The notes beneath the pieces are model-generated. The model saw nothing but the letters and a program-made list of their open reading frames with translations. It was not told where the DNA came from and searched no databases. From Bacteroidota bacterium (GTDB taxonomy: Bacteria > Bacteroidota > Ignavibacteria > Kapaibacteriales > UBA2268): a DNA stretch of 50,703 bases. Numbering within the stretch: the stretch's first letter is position 1; every line of letters begins with the position of its first letter. Location: the NCBI GenBank assembly GCA_009777815.1, contig WRLB01000002.1:1-50703 (forward strand), read 5' to 3'. Positions 1 to 8,986 of the stretch are shown here, in pieces. A program made the position numbers and the translations under genes.

Positions 1-78
1 TTGATAATGTTTTGATTTAAACATTGCTTTAATCCTTAATATTTATTTTAAAAAGTTAGTATCAATTTTATTAGAATA

Positions 79-86
79 CAAAAATA
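79..86 (-). promoter_or_regulatory. Bacteroidota-type promoter (-7 box TAnnTTTG) firing leftward out of the window
   Basis: Reverse complement of 78-120 reads TTTG, 19 nt spacer, TATTTTTG. The block is nearly identical to the one at 46507-46550. Confidence 0.45.
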
Positions 87-121
87 AACTTTTTTTTCTA
101 ATTTCCAAATTTTTTATTTTT

Positions 122-736
122 TTAATATATTCTTATTCCTTCTGTAAAATATTCAACATTTTCGGTGGTAACTTTGATTACAGCGATGCCCTTCTCTTTT
201 GCTTCTTTCTCTGCATCGGCATCAAAAAAAATGCCACCGACTCCCAAAATTATATTATAATTCTCATATTCTTTGAAAAGTTTTCTAAAGTTTTCTAATT
301 GTGTTGTTATAAGTTTTAATATATCTTTTTTCCGAACTTGGTATTTTGTTTCTATTATTCCAATGGTATCGCCATTCGTTAGAACTATATCATATTCGCC
401 TTCTAAATTAAGTAATTTTATTTTTCTTTTTTTATTCCTCTCTATATAGTAAAAATCTATTCCTGCGAATTTCATATCTCTTTCTAATGAGTTATATATC
501 ATTTGCTCTGCCATTTTGCCATTACCTTCGGCTATTCCACCGATATTGCGAGTAAGTTCTTTTATTTTTTTATTAGTTTCTGCAGAATTTTCTTTTATCA
601 TTCTGTCGGTTTCGGCGGATCTTTTATCTGCTGCTGCAGACATCTCTTTAATTTGCTCGCGAAGTTCATTTGCTTCTTTTTTTGATTCTGCGAACATTTG
701 CAATATGATTTCAGGTGTGTATTTTTCTTCTGCCAT
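122..736 (-). CDS. Coiled-coil plus PD-(D/E)xK nuclease-fold protein of unknown function (DUF3782-like)
   Basis: 204 aa ORF. The charged N-terminal helix carries 11-residue repeats (SAETDRMIKEN/SAETNKKIKEL). The C-terminal core has a D...ExK signature (EGEYDIVL...IGIIETK). A paralog lies at 27474-28169. Confidence 0.7.
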   Translation of the reverse strand: MAEEKYTPEIILQMFAESKKEANELREQIKEMSAAADKRSAETDRMIKENSAETNKKIKELTRNIGGIAEGNGKMAEQMIYNSLERDMKFAGIDFYYIERNKKRKIKLLNLEGEYDIVLTNGDTIGIIETKYQVRKKDILKLITTQLENFRKLFKEYENYNIILGVGGIFFDADAEKEAKEKGIAVIKVTTENVEYFTEGIRIY

Positions 737-758
737 AATACTTATTTTATATTTTTTA

Positions 759-766
759 CAAAAATA
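759..766 (-). promoter_or_regulatory. -7 box TATTTTTG (plus strand CAAAAATA) for the 122-736 gene
   Basis: An A-tract followed by TTATTTTTGTAAAAA on the minus strand, 23 nt upstream of the ATG at 736. Confidence 0.5.
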
Positions 767-919
767 ACTTTTTTTTTAACTGAAATAAAAACAATTTTTT
801 ATGCAAAAATATTTTTTATCTGTCACACTGAATTTATTTTAGCATTGCCTTATTGTATAATAATTTTTAAAATAAAATACTATTTTTGTATTATTATTAA
901 AATATATCGGAGATTTTTA

Positions 920-1939
920 ATGAAAAGAGTAAATTACACTCTATTATTATCATTATTTATTTGTTTAATGATAAGTGCCTGTAAAAGTGGTCCGGACCCT
1001 GTTGAAATCGCAGGACTGAAAACTTATACTGACGTTCCATTAAAGTTTTCTATTCAATACCCAGAAAACTGGCAGGCAACTACTACGCAAGGACAAAGAG
1101 TTATTGTGTTCTCATCGAACGATGCAAGACCTCGTTTCCTTGACTACGCATCAGATGGCTTCCCTGGTGCTATGATAGATCTTTTTGTTGCTAAAATAGA
1201 TTCTACTAAAACAGAAGAAGATGTTATCAGCAAAAGATTTGATGCAAGTATTTATAAGCAATCTGCTATCACCATTGATGGTGTTCAGGGCAAAAGATTT
1301 GATTATAGTTTTCCTTTAAATGATGGAGAATTTAAAGGTGTCCTAATCGTTGCTTCCAAAGATGCAATAACATATACCACGCTAAAAATAGAAACATTTG
1401 GTGGTTCTTGGGAAAAATATGCACCTGATTTTGATAAAATTATAGCAAGCGTATCGCTTGCAATAACGCAAAGTAACGCACCTGATACGCTTACAGTGAC
1501 AGAAGAATTGCCACCTCCTTCGGCTAATTTAGTTCAAAAAAGTGGGACGGGCTTTACTATTTCTATTCCTGATAATTTTTATTTAGGAAAAGTTAATGCC
1601 CCTAATACGCTTGCTGCATATAATTATATCGGCGACAGAAGAGGTGATTGTAATATCCAAGTTGATGTTATTGATGCTTCTCAATCAGGTGACTTCAAAA
1701 AATCTGCTACAGAATTAGCATCAAAATATCCTGGTTCTCCATCAATTTCAGACACAAAAGTCGGTGGTATTGACGCTTTTGTAATGAACTGGACTCCAGG
1801 CAAAAACATAAAAGGAAGAGTGTTCTTCGCTAAAAAAGGCGACAATCTTTTCAGAATATCTATGAATTGGTTTGTTCCTGAAGAAGCAGATTATCTTCCT
1901 ATTTTTGAAAAATGTATTGCTTCAATTAAATTTGAGTAG
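920..1939 (+). CDS. Lipoprotein with two internally duplicated domains, function unknown
   Basis: The internal Met at 920 gives MKRVNYTLLLSLFICLMISAC, a signal peptide with a lipobox Cys. The 698 start would add an implausible Phe/Ile-rich extension. Two similar halves begin FSIQYPENW and FTISIPDNF. Confidence 0.8.
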   Translation: MKRVNYTLLLSLFICLMISACKSGPDPVEIAGLKTYTDVPLKFSIQYPENWQATTTQGQRVIVFSSNDARPRFLDYASDGFPGAMIDLFVAKIDSTKTEEDVISKRFDASIYKQSAITIDGVQGKRFDYSFPLNDGEFKGVLIVASKDAITYTTLKIETFGGSWEKYAPDFDKIIASVSLAITQSNAPDTLTVTEELPPPSANLVQKSGTGFTISIPDNFYLGKVNAPNTLAAYNYIGDRRGDCNIQVDVIDASQSGDFKKSATELASKYPGSPSISDTKVGGIDAFVMNWTPGKNIKGRVFFAKKGDNLFRISMNWFVPEEADYLPIFEKCIASIKFE

Positions 1940-1968
1940 TTTTTAATTTGAATTAGTAATACTTCATT

Positions 1969-1999
1969 AACAGCGGGCTACGTTCCGCTGTTTTTTTTT
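1969..1999 (+). terminator. Rho-independent terminator
   Basis: Stem AACAGCGG/CCGCTGTT followed by a run of T. Confidence 0.8.
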
Positions 2000-2022
2000 A
2001 TTCTGTTTTTTTTACTATTTTA

Positions 2023-2745
2023 ATGAAAAATATAGTAAATATGCTACACTTCAATCAATATTTTAATTTGAAATATATAGATTTTATTTTAATTGTATTT
2101 AGTTTAATTTCATTGATTATATTTATACAACTAATTATAAATGCAATTAAAAATAGAAATAATAGCAAAAATGATGATGATAACAATATAAAAAAAACAA
2201 CTATTATTAATGTAATCAAAAACAAAGTTATTCCAATTATTTTTGCTATTATATTTTTTATACAAAGTATTAATATATTGCTTCCTGAATTTATGCAATC
2301 TATTTTTCCACCTGATAGCACGCAAAATGTTATTATTACTAATAATGAAGATACTATGCAAAAAGTATTTTTTATTGGTCGTTTAAGTTATTCTAACGAA
2401 TGGATACCGATTACTCCTATTATTAACTTCCGTCCTTGCTTGTATATAAAACTTAATCCAAATGAAAAAAAAAAATTGAGTTTCAGAACGGGAACAAAAG
2501 ATATTGACCATATTATGATTGCAAAAACTAATAATACTAATTTTAATATAAGTAAAGGGACTGATGCTTTAGTATTTTCTGTTCCATCAAATGATATTGC
2601 TATTTATACTTTATCTATGAACAAATTAAATGCGTCTCCGAATATAAGTATTATTGGAGTTATTAATTATTTTTTGTTATATATTGTCGGTCTGGCGGGC
2701 ATTGTTATGTTATTTTTAATTATATTTTATAGGATTAAAAATTGA
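2023..2745 (+). CDS. Hypothetical membrane protein (3 predicted TM segments), very Asn/Ile/Lys-rich
   Basis: 240 aa ORF with hydrophobic segments at the N-terminus, around residue 70 and at the C-terminus. No recognisable motif. Confidence 0.5.
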   Translation: MKNIVNMLHFNQYFNLKYIDFILIVFSLISLIIFIQLIINAIKNRNNSKNDDDNNIKKTTIINVIKNKVIPIIFAIIFFIQSINILLPEFMQSIFPPDSTQNVIITNNEDTMQKVFFIGRLSYSNEWIPITPIINFRPCLYIKLNPNEKKKLSFRTGTKDIDHIMIAKTNNTNFNISKGTDALVFSVPSNDIAIYTLSMNKLNASPNISIIGVINYFLLYIVGLAGIVMLFLIIFYRIKN

Positions 2746-2758
2746 TATAATTATAAAT

Positions 2759-2807
2759 GTCATACCGAACTTATTTTAGCATCTCCTCGCATAAAACAAG
2801 GAAATGT
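2759..2807. repeat. Intergenic nested-palindrome element (partial copy)
   Basis: GTCATACCGAACTTATTTTAGCATCTCCTCGCATAAAACAAGGAAATG matches the left arm and spacer of the family seen at 14631-14699, 29139-29212 and 35330-35394. Confidence 0.7.
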
Positions 2808-2887
2808 TATTTTTATAGATTGCCGATTAGTAAAAGATATAGACGTTTTTAAAATTATATTATAACTTTTTTTTCTAAAAAAAACCT

Positions 2888-2895
2888 TATTTTTG
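2888..2895 (+). promoter_or_regulatory. -7 box TATTTTTG upstream of rpsG
   Basis: AAAAAAAACCTTATTTTTGTAAAAAT lies 43 nt before the ATG. Confidence 0.55.
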
Positions 2896-2937
2896 TAAAA
2901 ATAATTTTGTAAGATAATAAATCAATAATATAAAATA

Positions 2938-3405
2938 ATGAGAAAAAGACGCGCTGAAAAAAGAAGAATTACGCCCGACCCAAAATTTAAAGATACGGTT
3001 GTAACAAAGTTCGTTAATTGCCTTATGCTCGATGGCAAAAAAAATACTGCTCGCAGAATAATGTATAATGCTATGGAACAAGTAGCAAATAAAACACAAC
3101 AGGACCCTTTAGAAGTGTTTAAACAAGCAATCGCAAATGTCGCACCACAAACGGAAGTCCGTTCAAGAAGAGTCGGCGGTGCCACCTACCAAGTACCTGT
3201 TGAAGTAAGAGCAGCAAGAAGACAAACACTTGCTATAAGATGGCTGAAAAATTATGCCACAGCAAGAAGAGATCATACAATGTCACAACGTCTTGCAGCT
3301 GAACTTATAGCCGCTTCCAAAGGTGAAGGAAATGCCGTTAAAAAACGCGATGACGTTCATAGAATGGCAGAAGCAAATAAAGCATTTGCACATTTTAGAT
3401 GGTAA
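2938..3405 (+). CDS. rpsG: 30S ribosomal protein S7
   Basis: The 155 aa product has full-length S7 hallmarks ([16 protein letters not shown]-like, [26 protein letters not shown]). Confidence 0.97.
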   Translation: MRKRRAEKRRITPDPKFKDTVVTKFVNCLMLDGKKNTARRIMYNAMEQVANKTQQDPLEVFKQAIANVAPQTEVRSRRVGGATYQVPVEVRAARRQTLAIRWLKNYATARRDHTMSQRLAAELIAASKGEGNAVKKRDDVHRMAEANKAFAHFRW

Positions 3406-3440
3406 ACAACATAAATCAGTGACCTCTAAAAATAAAACTT

Positions 3441-3500
3441 TTGCATCCCAACATACCGTGCTTGTTTCGGCATCTCCTTATTAGTGATGCCGAAACGAGT
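3441..3500. repeat. Intergenic palindromic element
   Basis: An 11 bp stem, GTTTCGGCATC/GATGCCGAAAC, with family-type flanks. Confidence 0.7.
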
Positions 3501-3550
3501 TATATAGGCGGTTCTTATTTAAATATAACTTGCAATTAAAAAAAAATACT

Positions 3551-3558
3551 TATTTTTG
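3551..3558 (+). promoter_or_regulatory. -7 box TATTTTTG upstream of the mutase gene
   Basis: AAAAAAATACTTATTTTTGTAC lies 45 nt before the ATG at 3603. Confidence 0.55.
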
Positions 3559-3602
3559 TACTTAAAGATAAATGATTTTAGAAATAAATTAAATTATATA
3601 TT

Positions 3603-5723
3603 ATGTCTAATCAAAAAGAATTGTTGTCCGAATTTTCAATTCCGACCTACCAAGAATGGCGACAAGCCGCAGAAGATACTCTAAAAGGCGTGCCTTTCGA
3701 AAAAAAATTAATCACCAAAACATATGAAGGTATTGATTTGCAGCCAATCTATAACGAAGCAGATAGAGATAAAGTAAAATATCTCGCCGAATCGTTGCCA
3801 GGCAGTTTTCCTTATAATCGTGGAATATGTTCTACTGGATATAAAACTACAAGTTGGAAAATTAGCCAAGCATATAGTTATCCAATACCTAAAATGCTGA
3901 ACGATGCATTGAAAAAAGATTTAGAATCAGGACAAGATGCTATAGCAATCAGCGTTTGTAATTGCCGTTCTATGTTCCCGAGTTTTTACGAAGGAGATAG
4001 TGAATGGAAGGATTATGTTTGTGCGGGTGTGCAAATAAATGATATTAAGGATTTAGAAGATTTGTTTGATGGAATAGATATTACAAAATATCTAATAACT
4101 TTTCTTCCGTCCTGCACTCCTGTGCCTTGTAATGTTGAACTGGCAGCATTGTTTTTTGCATATTGCGATAAGCATAAAATTGATAAGTCAAAACTAAATG
4201 TTAATTTTGGTTTTGATTTAACAAATGCAATAGTTAGAAGTGGTGAATTACCTACGCCTGTTGATGTTCTATTTGATGATATGACAGCATTAGTAAAAGA
4301 ATGTAATACAACGAATGGCAATATATCTGCTATTTCTATTGATGCTTGCACTTATCATAATTCAGGTGCTACTGCAACACAAGGGTTAGCATATTCTATA
4401 TCTACTGCTGTTATGTATATTAAAGAACTTCTTAAAAGAGGTATTAATATAGATGAGATTGCAAAAAACATTCATTTTAATATTTCAGTAGGAATAAAAT
4501 TCTTTATAGAACTTTCTAAAATCCGTGCTGCAAGAGTGATATGGGCTAAAATTATTAAAGAGTTTGGCGGAAATGAAGAATCACAAAAAATGCAAATACA
4601 TACTTTTACATCAAAGGTTTATACAACTAAATTTGACCCTTTTGTAAATATTCTTCGCGGAACTACCGAAGGATTAGCCGCTGTTTTAGCAGGTGTAAAT
4701 AGTTTACATATTGGAACTTTTGATGAAGAACTTGGTATGCCATCAGATTTTTCAAGGCGTGTTGCTCGCAATATTCAAAATATCCTAAAAGATGAAGCAC
4801 ATATTATTGATACTATTGATCCTGCGGGTGGTTCATATTATATTGAAACACTAACAGATAAAATTATTACTGAAGTATGGAATATTTTCCGCGAAATTGA
4901 AAAAATTGGTGGTATATCTGATGCACTATTCTCAAGCAAAATTCAAGATGATATTACTGATGTTGTTAATAAAAGAAAAGAAAATGTTGCTTTCAGACGC
5001 GATACAATTCTCGGAACAAATAAGTATCCAAACCTACTTGAAGCACCTGTTGATTCTGTTATTAAAGTTAAATCCGAAGAAGTAATTAAGCATTTAGATG
5101 AAGTTAAAGCAAGAAAAAAAGATGTAAATACACAACCAATTTGGACTGCTAAATGGGAAGATAGAATTGCAAAAATGATTGAAGCATATAATAATGATGC
5201 TACTATTGCTGATATTTTTGCAACAAAACCAAAAACTGATGCTATAAAATGCAAACCACTTCCTACTTACAGAACTGCTGAACTATTCGAAGAATTACGT
5301 TTTGCTGCAAATAATTATAAAACTAAAACAGGAAAAGCACCGCAAATGTATTTCGAATGCTTTGGAACACTTAAGCAATACAAACCGAGAGCAGATTTTT
5401 CTAATGATTTCTTTGCAGTTGGCGGCTTTGAAATTACAATGGGACAAGGATATTTAACTGACAAAGATGCTATTGCAAATATAGAAAAAATAAATGCACC
5501 GATAGTTGTTATTTGCTCTACTGATGATATTTATCCTGAAGTTGTTCCTAATTATGTAGCAGAATTAAAAAAGCAAAAACCAAATATTAAAGTAATTCTT
5601 GCAGGACTTCCGAAGGATTATATTGATGCGTTTAAAGAAGCAGGAGTAGATGATTTTATTCACATAAAATCTAATGTTTATGAGACACTTAAAGGATTGC
5701 TAAAAAGTATTAATGTGATATAG
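3603..5723 (+). CDS. mutA: Methylmalonyl-CoA mutase family protein, small (beta, MutA-like) subunit
   Basis: The mutase TIM-barrel region matches (PYNRG, RAARVIWAKI, FVNILRGTTEGLAAVLAGVNSLHIGTFDE, FSRRVARNIQ). The C-terminal Rossmann-like domain lacks the DxHxxG cobalamin His motif, as in beta subunits. Confidence 0.8.
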   Translation: MSNQKELLSEFSIPTYQEWRQAAEDTLKGVPFEKKLITKTYEGIDLQPIYNEADRDKVKYLAESLPGSFPYNRGICSTGYKTTSWKISQAYSYPIPKMLNDALKKDLESGQDAIAISVCNCRSMFPSFYEGDSEWKDYVCAGVQINDIKDLEDLFDGIDITKYLITFLPSCTPVPCNVELAALFFAYCDKHKIDKSKLNVNFGFDLTNAIVRSGELPTPVDVLFDDMTALVKECNTTNGNISAISIDACTYHNSGATATQGLAYSISTAVMYIKELLKRGINIDEIAKNIHFNISVGIKFFIELSKIRAARVIWAKIIKEFGGNEESQKMQIHTFTSKVYTTKFDPFVNILRGTTEGLAAVLAGVNSLHIGTFDEELGMPSDFSRRVARNIQNILKDEAHIIDTIDPAGGSYYIETLTDKIITEVWNIFREIEKIGGISDALFSSKIQDDITDVVNKRKENVAFRRDTILGTNKYPNLLEAPVDSVIKVKSEEVIKHLDEVKARKKDVNTQPIWTAKWEDRIAKMIEAYNNDATIADIFATKPKTDAIKCKPLPTYRTAELFEELRFAANNYKTKTGKAPQMYFECFGTLKQYKPRADFSNDFFAVGGFEITMGQGYLTDKDAIANIEKINAPIVVICSTDDIYPEVVPNYVAELKKQKPNIKVILAGLPKDYIDAFKEAGVDDFIHIKSNVYETLKGLLKSINVI

Positions 5724-5765
5724 TTTTTTAACCATACATAAAAAATAGTAACTTCTAAAAATATT

Positions 5766-5792
5766 ATGCCGTGCTTGACACGGCATCTTTTT
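5766..5792 (+). terminator. Hairpin plus T-run after the mutase gene (also a member of the palindrome family)
   Basis: ATGCCGTG-CTTGA-CACGGCAT followed by CTTTTT. Confidence 0.6.
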
Positions 5793-5803
5793 ATAAAAAA
5801 CCT

Positions 5804-5884
5804 TGTCATTCCGAATTTACTTCGGGATGATAAGTATTTTAACAATATTTTGCATCTATTTCAACACGGGGGCTTGCCCCCGTG
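5804..5884. repeat. Intergenic palindromic elements (two hairpins)
   Basis: TGTCATTCCGAATTTACTTCGGGATGA and CACGGGGGCTTGCCCCCGTG. The second hairpin recurs at 17695, 33263 and, degenerate, at 10571. Confidence 0.75.
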
Positions 5885-5903
5885 CTAAAAGTATTTTTTA
5901 TAC

Positions 5904-8780
5904 TTAACCGAACATTTCGCGGAGTTGCTGGCGGATGTCCATTGGGAGAATGACCTTAAATGTGGTTCCTACATTTACTACGCTATCTACATAGATTTTG
6001 CCGAGTAGGTTGTCTACACTTTGCTTTACTATGTGCAAGCCGAGACCTGTCCCCGATATTTTTCCTACATTGCTTGCCCTAAAGAAATTAGAAAATAGTA
6101 GTTTTAAATCCTGTTCAGGGATACCAATACCTTGATCGGCAACGGTAAATATTAGTTCGTTGTCGTTGTTTTTTTCTATAGTAATGGTTACATCTTTGCC
6201 GTTAGTGGTGTATTTGAGTGCGTTTGTGATGAGGTTATGGACAATGTGTTTTATAGTTGGTTCATCTGAATAAAATGGTTTGCATTCGTCTTTAATATTC
6301 ATAACTACGCCGCTTTCATAATGGTATGCTTCACGTATATCTTTTATTGAATTTTCAACAAATAGCACAAAATCCATATCGTTTACAATTTTAACTTTAT
6401 GAGTTTGTCCTTTACCGATTAAAAGCACATCTTCCATCAGTTGATTCATTGTCAGAACGCTCTTATTAATTTTATCTAAATACTGCATTCCGATATCTGC
6501 TCTGTTGCTTTCGAATGCTTGTTCAATTACTCCTGCGGAGTTTAGGATAACTGTTAGTGGCGTTCTAAATTCGTGGCTGACCATAGAAATAAATCTTGTT
6601 TTTAGTTCGTTTAATTCTTTTTCATTTTCTAATGTTTTTTCTAATTTTTCGCCCATTTCTACGAGTGTTTTTTGTGTTTTCATTTGTTCGGTTATTTCGG
6701 CACCTGCCACGATTAAAGTATTTAATTGCCCTAAACTGTTGCTTAATCGGAAGTATTTAGTGAACTCGTTCTTATAATCAATTTCTAATATATAACTTAC
6801 TCCCAATGTATTAGTATCACTGAACCAGTTTTCTATTGTTTGGATGTTTAATTCTTCGCTTCCGTTAATCTTTCCTTTAAGTTTTTCCCAGTGTTTGTCG
6901 CCGATTAACTCGTCTTTTGCAAAACCGACAAGATTTTCTGTATATGGGGTAAGATAGTCAATTCCTCCTTTTTTATTAAATACGACACAAAAACTTGTAG
7001 TTCTTTCTAATATCTCGCTTTTTACTTGTAATTCTTTGGTTAATCTTGCTCTTTGTGCCATTTCGTTTCTTAGGTCTACTAATGTTTTGTTAAGTTTAGA
7101 TGTCCTATCAATTACTCTTTCTTCGAGTTCTTCGTTTAGTCGGACCATTTCGTTTTCAGCAATTTTTCTATCGGTGACATCAACGAAAGTAATTTGTATC
7201 ATTACATCAGTATCAAGGTATAAAACGTTAGAAGCCATATGGACATATTTTTCGGTCCCGTCGAAGCACATAATTTTAATTTCTTGCTCGTTACTATCTT
7301 TGTTATTTTGCTTATTTTGGTCATCTGTTTGGAAGTTTTGTATTTCAAGAACATAATTCCTAAAACTACTTTCTACGAGTTCCGTAAATGGAACAGTTAT
7401 GAACTCTCCTAATGTTTTGCATTTCCATATTTCAAGTAGTGCAGTGTTAGCAAACACGAAAAAATTATCTTTAATCAATCCAATACCTACTATGGAATCC
7501 TCAATCAAAGAACGGTATTTCGTTTCACTTTCTTTGAGTGCCTTTTCGGCAAGCAATGTTTCTGTAATATCATCAATAATAGCAATATAGCCGAACTTTT
7601 TATTATTGTCGTCAAATTCGGCTACAGCAGTTATATTTAAATCTATAGGAATACCATCTTTTCTTCTTCCCATTGCAATAATACGTTCTACTTTATTTGG
7701 TGCATTTAGCGAGATAAATGACTCTTTTACAATGTCTAAATCGGACTTAACAACAAAAGGTAAAACTCGGTCAATAACTTCATATTCTTCATATTTAAAT
7801 ATTTTAGTAAACGAAGGTGATGCTGTTTTTAGTTTAAATTCAGTAGAAAGAGTTAATATAGGTAGCGGTGAAGCATTGATTATGTAGTTAATCATTTTGT
7901 TCGTTGTTTTAAGTTTTTCTTCTGCCATAGTTCTAACTTCAATTTGGTTCCTTAATTGCTGTGTTCTTTGCTCAACTTTTAACTCCATATTTCTATTAGT
8001 ATCCGAAAGTTCAAAATACGAATCCTCCAAATTATTAACCATTTTGTTAAATGTTCTTGCTAATTGCCCGAACTCTTCATTAGTATTAATGGTTGCTCTA
8101 ATAGACAGGTCACCACCTGCAATTCTCCTAAAGGTAGCAAGCAGAACGTTTAACGGTTTAGAGATTAAATTGGAGATAAAAACAGTAGTAAGAATTCCAA
8201 ATAGCAGTATTAACATACATATCATCACTACCCAATATTGCGTATTAGTTATTGTTTTATCCAACTCTTCCATACTAAATACACAACTAATATAGCCACA
8301 TACAACATCTTTATAAACTACTTCAGTATTCACTATATACAATCTTAACGTAGAATCTATTTCATTATCGGTACTATATCCTGGTCTATATAATTGTATA
8401 TGGGGGGGGAAATCATATTTTACTTTTTTAAAGATACTATTTTTCTTATTATTATAGATGAATATATGCGTAGTTATAGGTATCTCCATAACATACTTAG
8501 TTGCAGATTCAAAAATTGTTTTATCTTCTACTAAATCGCTTTCCGATAAATGGAATGCAATTTTATCTGCTGTCATATTTACTATTTTATTATGTATATC
8601 TTTGAAGTCACCTATTAAAACATCTTCCACGACTTTCGGTATCCAGATAGATAGCGATATTGCTACCACTAATATCAGTGTGCTTGTTAAAAGTATTAGT
8701 TGATATTTTTTGCTAATATCGGCAAATTTGATATTTAGTCCAATAACATTAAATACATTTGATTTTTTGATTTTAAACAT
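5904..8780 (-). CDS. Membrane sensor histidine kinase (HAMP, PAS repeats, HisKA, HATPase)
   Basis: Two TM segments flank a periplasmic domain. The H-box is SHEFRTPL, and N, G1 and G2 boxes are present (HNLITNALKYT, DQGIGI, GTGLGL). Confidence 0.9.
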   Translation of the reverse strand: MFKIKKSNVFNVIGLNIKFADISKKYQLILLTSTLILVVAISLSIWIPKVVEDVLIGDFKDIHNKIVNMTADKIAFHLSESDLVEDKTIFESATKYVMEIPITTHIFIYNNKKNSIFKKVKYDFPPHIQLYRPGYSTDNEIDSTLRLYIVNTEVVYKDVVCGYISCVFSMEELDKTITNTQYWVVMICMLILLFGILTTVFISNLISKPLNVLLATFRRIAGGDLSIRATINTNEEFGQLARTFNKMVNNLEDSYFELSDTNRNMELKVEQRTQQLRNQIEVRTMAEEKLKTTNKMINYIINASPLPILTLSTEFKLKTASPSFTKIFKYEEYEVIDRVLPFVVKSDLDIVKESFISLNAPNKVERIIAMGRRKDGIPIDLNITAVAEFDDNNKKFGYIAIIDDITETLLAEKALKESETKYRSLIEDSIVGIGLIKDNFFVFANTALLEIWKCKTLGEFITVPFTELVESSFRNYVLEIQNFQTDDQNKQNNKDSNEQEIKIMCFDGTEKYVHMASNVLYLDTDVMIQITFVDVTDRKIAENEMVRLNEELEERVIDRTSKLNKTLVDLRNEMAQRARLTKELQVKSEILERTTSFCVVFNKKGGIDYLTPYTENLVGFAKDELIGDKHWEKLKGKINGSEELNIQTIENWFSDTNTLGVSYILEIDYKNEFTKYFRLSNSLGQLNTLIVAGAEITEQMKTQKTLVEMGEKLEKTLENEKELNELKTRFISMVSHEFRTPLTVILNSAGVIEQAFESNRADIGMQYLDKINKSVLTMNQLMEDVLLIGKGQTHKVKIVNDMDFVLFVENSIKDIREAYHYESGVVMNIKDECKPFYSDEPTIKHIVHNLITNALKYTTNGKDVTITIEKNNDNELIFTVADQGIGIPEQDLKLLFSNFFRASNVGKISGTGLGLHIVKQSVDNLLGKIYVDSVVNVGTTFKVILPMDIRQQLREMFG

Positions 8781-8809
8781 TATATAAGCAAATATTTTTA
8801 TTTAAAATT

Positions 8810-8817
8810 CAAAAATA
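8810..8817 (-). promoter_or_regulatory. -7 box for the histidine kinase gene
   Basis: The minus strand reads AAAAAAAACGTTATTTTTGAAT, 30 nt upstream of the start at 8780. Confidence 0.5.
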
Positions 8818-8946
8818 ACGTTTTTTTTGAAAATATGTATAACCATTTAGTGTATTTTATATATAGATTTCCGAGAATGTTAAATAATAGGTTGATATTT
8901 TGATGTTTTTTTAAAATCAATAAGCCGATAAATAAAAAAAAAAACG

Positions 8947-8954
8947 TATATTTG
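8947..8954 (+). promoter_or_regulatory. -7 box TATATTTG upstream of ilvE
   Basis: A long A-tract followed by CGTATATTTG, 33 nt before the ATG. Confidence 0.5.
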
Positions 8955-8986
8955 TTTTTATTTAAATAAAAAGATGAGTATTAAAG

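Noticed and set aside
1-25. Possible start of a minus-strand gene (reverse complement ATGTTTAAATCAAAACATTATCAA) driven by the promoter at 79-120
   Set aside because: Only 8 codons are visible before the window edge, which is too little to support a CDS call. The promoter itself is reported.
698-919. Long N-terminal extensions of listed ORFs: 698-919, 21797-21871, 29062-29103, 36280-36303, 37853-37885 and 20499-20528
   Set aside because: The extensions are Phe/Ile-rich junk or overlap a TAnnTTTG box or the preceding gene. Internal Met codons give canonical signal peptides or family-typical N-termini.
3406-3602. Cobalamin riboswitch upstream of the mutase gene
   Set aside because: I see no B12-box-like core. 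The structured part of this gap is a member of the dispersed palindrome family, followed by a standard promoter box.
4013-8703. Antisense ORFs inside the mutase and histidine kinase genes (for example 4013-4351, 4943-5254, 6505-6777, 7036-7356, 7606-7887, 7897-8295, 8458-8703)
   Set aside because: All are nested opposite well-supported long CDSs and encode Ser/Ile/Leu-rich low-complexity peptides typical of shadow frames. The same applies to the antisense ORFs in the activase, RND, AcuI-like, hydrogenase-like, T9SS and Dcp genes.
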